From: an uncultured Desulfosarcina sp.
GTDB taxonomy: Bacteria > Desulfobacterota > Desulfobacteria > Desulfobacterales > Desulfosarcinaceae
Assembly: GCA_963674945.2 (NCBI GenBank)
Contig: CAXXWQ010000003.1
Location: forward strand, 1,600,001 to 1,664,000
Reading direction: 5' to 3'
DNA length: 64,000 nt
Below, in pieces: positions 57,509 to 64,000 of the stretch. The notes beneath the pieces were generated by a model, which was not told where the DNA came from, searched no databases, and was given only the letters and a program-made list of their open reading frames with translations. Each line of letters opens with the position of its first letter. Position 1 is the first letter of the stretch. A program made the position numbers and the translations under genes.

Positions 57509-58765
57509 GTGAGAACCGGAAAAAAAATTCTGGTGGTCGAAGACAGTAAGATGTTCGGCCACGCCATTACCGAAAAAATCATCACGGAACTTGGCTATAC
57601 CACATCTCTTGCCACGACGTACGGGGACGCCCAGCAAGTATTGCATGACAATAACGATGGTTTTTTCGCCGCCGTTCTCGATTTGATCTTGCCGGATGCC
57701 CCCAACGGCGAAGTGGTCGACTACGTGCTGGAAAAAGAGATCCCCACCATCGTCCTGACGTCCACCTTCAGTTATGCCATGCGGGAAGAGTGCGTCTCGA
57801 AAAACATCGTCGACTACATCGTGAAAGAAGGGCCCCACAGCCTGGACAATCTCATCAAGACCCTGCGCCGATTGGAAGCCAACACATCCACAAAGATCCT
57901 GGTCGTGGATGATTCTAAGCTTTCCCGGAAAACCATCACGGATCTTCTGCTTCGCCACCGATTCATCACGTTTGAGGCGCCCGACGGGAAGACCGCCCTT
58001 ACGATACTATCCAAGCATCCGGACATCCGGGCGGTCATCACCGATTACGAGATGCCCAACATGGATGGTTTTACGTTGATTGAAAAAATGCGACAAACCC
58101 ATTCCATGGATCAAATGGCCATCATCGGTGTTTCCGGAAGCGGCGGGTCGATCATGTCCGCCAAGTTTTTAAAAAAAGGGGCCAATGATTTCATCGTCAA
58201 ACCCTTTTGTAACGAAGAGTTTTTCCTTCGGATCAATCAGAACCTGCAAATGCTCGATTACCTGGAAACCATCCGCGAGACCGCTGTCAGGGATCACCTC
58301 ACCGGACTCTATAACCGCAGGTACTTTTTCGAAATTGGACAAACGCTCTTTAAAAACGCGTTGCGAAAAAGTTTTAACATCGTGTTGGCCATGATCGACA
58401 TCGATTTTTTCAAGAACGTCAACGATACCTTTGGGCATGGCGCCGGCGATGAAGTTCTTTCGCAAGTGGCGACCATTTTGGCCGATCATTTTCGTTCATC
58501 CGACGTGGTTGCACGGTTGGGAGGCGAGGAGTTCTGTGTGATGGCGCCGAATATGGCACAGGATCACGCGTTCAGGATTTTCGACGAACTCCGATCGACC
58601 ATTGAAGCCCAACCCTTTTCGACCAAAGCCGGCCAAATCAAGGCTACCGTCTCCATCGGACTCACGCTACAAACCGGAGAGTCCTTGGAGGATGCCCTCG
58701 CCAAGGCCGATCAACTGCTCTATCAGGCCAAAGAGCAAGGCAGAAATCAGGTAATCGCCGCCTGA
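57509..58765 (+). CDS. Response-regulator diguanylate cyclase (REC-REC-GGDEF)
   Basis: Two receiver domains; D.LTGLYNRR, DIDFFK.VND.FGH, RSSD I-site and GGEEF; GTG start. Confidence 0.93.
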   Translation: MRTGKKILVVEDSKMFGHAITEKIITELGYTTSLATTYGDAQQVLHDNNDGFFAAVLDLILPDAPNGEVVDYVLEKEIPTIVLTSTFSYAMREECVSKNIVDYIVKEGPHSLDNLIKTLRRLEANTSTKILVVDDSKLSRKTITDLLLRHRFITFEAPDGKTALTILSKHPDIRAVITDYEMPNMDGFTLIEKMRQTHSMDQMAIIGVSGSGGSIMSAKFLKKGANDFIVKPFCNEEFFLRINQNLQMLDYLETIRETAVRDHLTGLYNRRYFFEIGQTLFKNALRKSFNIVLAMIDIDFFKNVNDTFGHGAGDEVLSQVATILADHFRSSDVVARLGGEEFCVMAPNMAQDHAFRIFDELRSTIEAQPFSTKAGQIKATVSIGLTLQTGESLEDALAKADQLLYQAKEQGRNQVIAA

Positions 58766-58949
58766 TTTCTGCCTTTCCTGTAAAAAGTATCTTTCAATTT
58801 GTATTGCCGAACGAATTCCTCAGAAGGTTCAATGCGCCCTAAAGGTCTCTCGTATTCGGTCAGATCGGATTCAAGACGGTGATTTTGGCAAGACTATAGA
58901 AAGGAAGCTGTATCTGTTATACCGCGACGACCGATAACGCAGTCCAGAA

Positions 58950-59576
58950 TCATCGTCTTGGGCCCGATATCAGCCCGGCCTTTTTCTTTACGCTCAATAA
59001 TCCCGGACTGAAATTCAGGTGCATCAATGTCGACCGGTACCCCATGGCAAGAAACACCGTTTCCAGTTGATCGAACAGCACCGGCCGGTCCGGCCATTTG
59101 AACCGCATCTCTTCCCTGCGAAAGGATTCCCACCTTCGTTTTGCATCGCAATTTTCTTTGAACACCTGGCTCATTGCCCGGTCGCACAGAAACATGGCGC
59201 AGACCACCGGCCGAACGGCCCATGCACATCCATCTGGCCTCAGATAGACGCAACGGTGCCCCTGATTCACCTTTCGCAACATCGCTTCCAGGTCGTCCAA
59301 TTGAGATGGCGCACTGAAGAGGGCATTGATCACCGTATCGGCAAAAAAGGTGATGATCCCATCCTTGCTACAGCATGCGCTGATATGGCTCTGGTAGCAG
59401 GTTTCGATGCAGATCTTACCGAAGTGATGGTGTAAGAAGTCATCCACCGACTTGCGAAATGCGATATAGTCCTTTGCCCTGGCAACGAGTGCCGATCGGT
59501 CCGCTTTGCTCATTCGGTTCAATCCTTGTCGAACCTTCATCAATGCGTCGAGTTGTTCCTTTTGATAGTCGTTCAA
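58950..59576 (-). CDS. Hypothetical cysteine-cluster protein (YkgJ-like)
   Basis: C..TC......ACC and C.YL...GC....RP.VC....C pattern. Confidence 0.7.
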   Translation of the reverse strand: MNDYQKEQLDALMKVRQGLNRMSKADRSALVARAKDYIAFRKSVDDFLHHHFGKICIETCYQSHISACCSKDGIITFFADTVINALFSAPSQLDDLEAMLRKVNQGHRCVYLRPDGCAWAVRPVVCAMFLCDRAMSQVFKENCDAKRRWESFRREEMRFKWPDRPVLFDQLETVFLAMGYRSTLMHLNFSPGLLSVKKKAGLISGPRR

Positions 59577-59727
59577 GTGTTCATCCTCTTTTTTTGTTAT
59601 GAAGATGCCCTTAGGCGACGCACGATGGTTTTGTCAACGATCGAGTAAAGACCATTTTATTCTTGACGATTTTTTCCATTTTTCGGATAAACAAAATCCC
59701 CTTATCAAAGATTGGAAAATCCTCATA

Positions 59728-60927
59728 ATGCGAGACGGCATGTCAGAAAACAGAGAAATTCGTTCCCTTTCTCTCCCTTTGGACCAGATTGCCGCACCAG
59801 CCTTTTTCGTGGACAAGAAACTGTCCCTGTGCTGGACGGCACCGGCCGGCAGGGATCCGTTCTCACAAAAGCTGGTCCGGCAACTGGAGTCATCCTCCAC
59901 GCGCAATGTCTTTGATATCCTGCTCAGGGATGAAATCAAGGTTGCCGTCCCCCAGTGGCAGGATTTCTTCTCCTTTGTTTATACATTATTGAAACACTCG
60001 GTTTCCCAGGACATCTTCGATACGGCGACGATATTCGTTCCCAGAGCGAACGTTCCCGTGAATCATGTCAACCGATCTTCACCGTTGGAGTTCGGACTTT
60101 TCCAGGCGGAAAGCCGCCTGCTTTCCAACGGGTTCGATCCGAAACATCCACCCTTGCGATTATTTGGACTGCAATTCGGCGCCGGAACCTTGTTCTTTTT
60201 GCGCAATGACGCATGGCAGTTTCTGGAAAAAAACGATAACGGTGGTGAACCGGCTCATACCCAACAGCAGCAAGGCGATCAAAAGAAAATCATTGCCATC
60301 TTGTCTGCACGACTCAATGATTCCCACCGAATCGCGGAGACCATGCTTCCGGAACTCTATTTGGAATTGACGGACCATCTGTGGCAGGAGACCGATGACG
60401 CCGTCAGATCCCTTGGCGGCAAGCGTGTTTTATTTGATGGCGGAGAAATCCAATATCGCTTTACCGACTGCATCGGACGGAACCCCGTCTTCAGCGCCAT
60501 CTGCTGTGCCACACGATTTAACGGACAGATGCAAAAATTGGCAGGAAAGTTAGCGGAAAAGGGTGGATGGGTGGATGAAATTCGGTTGAACATGGGGATC
60601 AGTCACGGCAATGACGATCACGAGATGACGAACACGGCTGACCCCATGGAACTGATGATTCCCGGCGGCGCATCCGATCAGGCTTCGGTTTTGTCCGGTA
60701 TCTCCGGAAAAGGAGAGATTTGGATCACAAAAAACGCCGTCACCCAACTTCCCAAAAACTTGTTGAATCGGGTCGTTTTGGGCATAAATCGAAATGGCCG
60801 CTTTTTTCGCAACTTCTTTACCCGGTTTTCTGACCTTTCGCCAAGGGTCGGTCAAACGGTCATCAAATCCGATTTGGTCGGCCTGGCCATCGCCCGGATC
60901 GATAAACTGGAAAGGAAGGGTTCCTGA
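59728..60927 (+). CDS. Protein with a degenerate class III nucleotide-cyclase-like C-terminal domain
   Basis: AICCA, LNMGISHG and A..LSGIS..GEIWIT follow the cyclase fold pattern; metal-binding Asp residues not evident; start uncertain (59728 or 59740). Confidence 0.6.
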   Translation: MRDGMSENREIRSLSLPLDQIAAPAFFVDKKLSLCWTAPAGRDPFSQKLVRQLESSSTRNVFDILLRDEIKVAVPQWQDFFSFVYTLLKHSVSQDIFDTATIFVPRANVPVNHVNRSSPLEFGLFQAESRLLSNGFDPKHPPLRLFGLQFGAGTLFFLRNDAWQFLEKNDNGGEPAHTQQQQGDQKKIIAILSARLNDSHRIAETMLPELYLELTDHLWQETDDAVRSLGGKRVLFDGGEIQYRFTDCIGRNPVFSAICCATRFNGQMQKLAGKLAEKGGWVDEIRLNMGISHGNDDHEMTNTADPMELMIPGGASDQASVLSGISGKGEIWITKNAVTQLPKNLLNRVVLGINRNGRFFRNFFTRFSDLSPRVGQTVIKSDLVGLAIARIDKLERKGS

Positions 60928-61142
60928 TGCCACAAGAAAGCCCAACGGTCAAGGTTCACGTGAATATCGAATTGTCCGCATCCGCTATTCAGGCCGTGGT
61001 CGCCAACGTGAAAAAAAAGACGGGCCCCGACGACCAGGGGCGATACCGGGTGGATACGGCCGATGCCTTGGGCGACCTGATCTCCGTGTTTCTTCGGGAG
61101 AAAAATTTCGACGAATTTGCCAAGGACGAAGAGAACTATTGA
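60927..61142 (+). CDS. Hypothetical 71-aa protein
   Basis: TGATG translational coupling to the upstream gene; normal codon usage. Confidence 0.7.
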   Translation: MPQESPTVKVHVNIELSASAIQAVVANVKKKTGPDDQGRYRVDTADALGDLISVFLREKNFDEFAKDEENY

Positions 61143-62338
61143 TTCTTACGTGGGACCGCTGCCTTGTACAGTGTAAGGTCTCCGGTCACACAATAGGATT
61201 GGAGGCTGGCAGGTATCAGAAAGCTATCCCCTTTCTTCACGGCAAGGGATCGCTTTCGGTCATCTTCGATCCTTCCGTTTCCCGACGTACACAATAGCAT
61301 CTCCACGCTTCGTTTCGAAGGTGATCGGTACGGTCTGTCCCCATGGGCATGGATGACACCGAGGACGAATTCCGAAGCCGGACATTGGTAAATGGATTCA
61401 CCGTTTCTGATGACGTTGGCGTGAAGAACATCGATCCGGGTCGTTTCAAACCGGACCACACATAGCAGCTGTTCAACGTCAACATGTTTCGGCGTCAATC
61501 CCCCCCGTAGCACATTGTCCGAATTCGCCATCAATTCGATGCCGACCCCATCCAGATAAGCATGAAGCTGGCCTGCGGGAAGGTACATGGCCTGGCCGGG
61601 GTCGAGGCAGATCAGGTTCAGCAGCGCCGGACTCAGCGCCCCCATATCCGCCGGATAGGCTTGGGAAAGCACCACTATCCAGCGGTAAACGGGTGACGCC
61701 TCGGCCATTGGTGCGGCCTTTGTCCGAAGCTCTGTGGCAGCGCGTTCGCATTGGGCAGGGGAAAGCGTCATCATGGCGGCAAAAAAGGATTGCAACCCAT
61801 CCGGTTGATTTCTCAAATGCCCCAAGGCGTCTCTCAGGATCGCCGGGCAAACCGGTTCGATCAACTCGGCGGCATCCTCGGGCGATCGGAATCCATTCAG
61901 CCCCCAAAACGGGGTTACTGCGCAGATGATTTCCGGCTTGTGGTTGTCATCCCGGTAGTTGCGGTTCGGCGCATCGCGGGGTACACCCTTTTCCTCTTCC
62001 GCTGAAAATCCCGCCTCGGCCTGTTTTTTGTTTGGATGTGCCTGAATGGAAAGCGGACGTTCTGCAGCCAGAACCTTGAACAGATACGGCAGGGTATTGT
62101 CGAATCGGTCGGCCACATTCGCTCCCAGAATTTCCACGGGCCGCTGTTCGATCAGCTGTTTCAAAGAGATTCGCACCCCATCTGCCACCGCCAGGGACGG
62201 CCCCTTGGGATGGATCCCCATCCACATTTCCGCCTGGGGGGTGTGCGACGGGCTGGGAAGACCGAGCAACTGGGCAATGGCGGTTCGTGATCCCCAGGCA
62301 TAAGGTTGGATGACGTTTTCCAGACGATAAATGGGCAT
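61136..62338 (-). CDS. manA: Mannose-6-phosphate isomerase, class I
   Basis: YAWGS, AEMWMG.HP, LPYLFKVL, LSIQAHP, NHKPE, HAYL.G and MANSDNVLRGGLTPKH motifs. Confidence 0.95.
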   Translation of the reverse strand: MPIYRLENVIQPYAWGSRTAIAQLLGLPSPSHTPQAEMWMGIHPKGPSLAVADGVRISLKQLIEQRPVEILGANVADRFDNTLPYLFKVLAAERPLSIQAHPNKKQAEAGFSAEEEKGVPRDAPNRNYRDDNHKPEIICAVTPFWGLNGFRSPEDAAELIEPVCPAILRDALGHLRNQPDGLQSFFAAMMTLSPAQCERAATELRTKAAPMAEASPVYRWIVVLSQAYPADMGALSPALLNLICLDPGQAMYLPAGQLHAYLDGVGIELMANSDNVLRGGLTPKHVDVEQLLCVVRFETTRIDVLHANVIRNGESIYQCPASEFVLGVIHAHGDRPYRSPSKRSVEMLLCTSGNGRIEDDRKRSLAVKKGDSFLIPASLQSYCVTGDLTLYKAAVPRKNQ

Positions 62339-62404
62339 GGGGTACCTTCATGATCACACTGCGATCAGTTTACTATTTAACCGAATATTTGTTATATATT
62401 GGCA

Positions 62405-63043
62405 ATGGATACCATAAACCTGGTCGTAAATGAAATATTTTATAGCATCCAAGGCGAGTCCGTTCATGCAGGTCTCCCCTGCACTTTCGTTCGGTTGACC
62501 GGGTGCAACCTGCGTTGCCGGTATTGCGATACGACCTATGCATTTTTCCATGGCACCACCATGGCGGTGGATGACATCGTCAGACGAATAGACGGTCTCG
62601 GCTGCGACCTGGTGGAAATCACCGGCGGAGAGCCGTTGACACAGGATGGGACGCCTCCTCTGGTCGAACGGCTGCTGGAAGACGGATACCGTGTCCTGGT
62701 GGAAACCAATGGTTCTCTGGATATCGACCTTCTGGACAGGCGGTGCAGTCGCATCATGGACATCAAATGCCCCTCCAGCGGGGAGCATGAGAAAAACGAT
62801 CTTGCCAACCTGCACCGTCTGACCGCCCACGACCAGGTCAAGTTCGTCATCGGCGATCATGACGATTTTCGCTTTGCCGTCGAGATGTCACAACGGCTGC
62901 CACAGGCGATGCCCACGGATCGGATCCTCTTCTCCCCCGTGGTGGACCGGTTGGCACCGGTGAAGTTGGCCCAATGGATGTTGGAGAATCATATCCGGGC
63001 CAGGTTTCAGGTACAATTGCATAAGGTGATCGGACTAAAATGA
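62405..63043 (+). CDS. queE: 7-carboxy-7-deazaguanine synthase (radical SAM)
   Basis: [30 protein letters not shown] and QLHK motifs; overlaps queC. Confidence 0.9.
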   Translation: MDTINLVVNEIFYSIQGESVHAGLPCTFVRLTGCNLRCRYCDTTYAFFHGTTMAVDDIVRRIDGLGCDLVEITGGEPLTQDGTPPLVERLLEDGYRVLVETNGSLDIDLLDRRCSRIMDIKCPSSGEHEKNDLANLHRLTAHDQVKFVIGDHDDFRFAVEMSQRLPQAMPTDRILFSPVVDRLAPVKLAQWMLENHIRARFQVQLHKVIGLK

Positions 63044-63732
63044 AAAAAGCAGTGGTGTTGACAAGCGGTGGGCTGGACTCCACCACGGTACTGGCCATGG
63101 CGAAACATCGGGGATACGTCCTGTACAGCCTGAGCTTCGACTACGGCCAGCGCCACGAAACCGAACTTCGCGCCGCCGAAAAAGTGGCCGCGGCCATGGG
63201 CGTCGAGCGCCATCTGGTGACACGGGTGGATCTGAAACCGGTGGGCGGATCCGCCCTGACCGACGACATCGCCGTTCCCAAAAAACGCTCGGAGACGCAG
63301 ATGAGCGCGTCGATTCCCGTCACCTATGTCCCGGCGCGAAATACCATCTTTCTCTCTTATGCCTTGGCCTGGGCCGAGGTGCTGGGCGCCTGGGATATTT
63401 TCATCGGCGTGAATGCCGTGGACTACAGCGGCTACCCCGACTGCAGGCCGGCCTATATCGCGGCCTTCCAATCCATGGCAAACCTGGCGATAAAATCCGC
63501 CGTGGAGGGAAAGGGACGGATTCGGATTCATACGCCGCTGATGGATATGACGAAGGCCCAGATTATCGAGGCAGGCACGAAGCTGAAAGTGGATTATTCC
63601 ATGACCCACAGCTGTTACGACCCGGATCCACAGGGCCTGGCCTGCGGAAGCTGTGATTCGTGTATCCTGCGAAGAAACGGGTTTACAGCGGCCGGCGTGC
63701 CTGATCCCACACGGTATGTTAGTGATCAGTGA
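63040..63732 (+). CDS. queC: 7-cyano-7-deazaguanine synthase
   Basis: SGGLDS, YGQRH, TYVPARN, YPDCRP and SCY...CGSCDSC motifs. Confidence 0.96.
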   Translation: MKKAVVLTSGGLDSTTVLAMAKHRGYVLYSLSFDYGQRHETELRAAEKVAAAMGVERHLVTRVDLKPVGGSALTDDIAVPKKRSETQMSASIPVTYVPARNTIFLSYALAWAEVLGAWDIFIGVNAVDYSGYPDCRPAYIAAFQSMANLAIKSAVEGKGRIRIHTPLMDMTKAQIIEAGTKLKVDYSMTHSCYDPDPQGLACGSCDSCILRRNGFTAAGVPDPTRYVSDQ

Positions 63733-63799
63733 TCGGTGATGGGTATACCACGAAAACGGATGAACTGGTTCATTCATAAACATTAAAAAGGATTTTCTA

Positions 63800-63897
63800 T
63801 AAAAAGCTTTTCCCATTTGGCCCATCGGCAAAATAATGGATGAATGAGTTTCTATAGCAATACCAATTGGCCATCATTGGCCTGGAAAAGCTTTTTA
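63800..63897. repeat. Element of about 98 bp bounded by TAAAAAGCTTTTCC inverted repeats
   Basis: TAAAAAGCTTTTCC at 63800 and GGAAAAGCTTTTTA ending at 63897. Confidence 0.65.
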
Positions 63898-64000
63898 CGA
63901 AGTCGTCAAACTTACCAATTCACCGGCAGCCGTACGACCTGCCTGGCCTTGTTGGAAAACAGCAGATACCGGTTCTTTTTTCCGAATCGGTACAAATCCC

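Noticed and set aside
62405..63732. queE-queC as a deazaguanine DNA-modification (Dpd) or Qat defence system
   Set aside because: Both proteins look canonical in length and motifs, lie among core genes, and have no dpdA, TatD or ATPase neighbours in the window; ordinary queuosine biosynthesis is sufficient

Overview
Bacterial chromosomal window; gene content suggests an anaerobic Desulfobacterales/Desulfosarcina-like deltaproteobacterium (inference, not a database result). The left third (about 1-22,030) is accessory DNA abutting the 3' end of an initiator tRNA-Met gene. It holds a truncated DhaK/DhaL/RpiB sugar operon, a tightly coupled five-gene restriction-modification-like operon (SNF2 helicase, very large Type III Mod, uncharacterised DNA-binding protein, Doc toxin, Type III Res), a complete IS66 element with an 8-bp target duplication splitting a small zinc-ribbon gene, an RHH gene, a long Fic gene, and an unusual 751-aa DDE transposon with a 5-bp target duplication. 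The rest is mostly core genome: yggU-like, thioesterase, thrH, hom, an aceK-aceB-aceA glyoxylate-shunt cluster, epmA, HDAC and hydantoinase genes, hisS-aspS-lemA-TPM genes, an outer-membrane protein, FlhB/FliK-like genes, lhr, yjgA, rlmD, acnA, a diguanylate cyclase, manA and queE-queC. Two families of palindromic intergenic repeats and a duplicated 3' end of lhr are also visible. No CRISPR array or rRNA was seen. Family assignments come from motif recognition by eye; no searches were run.
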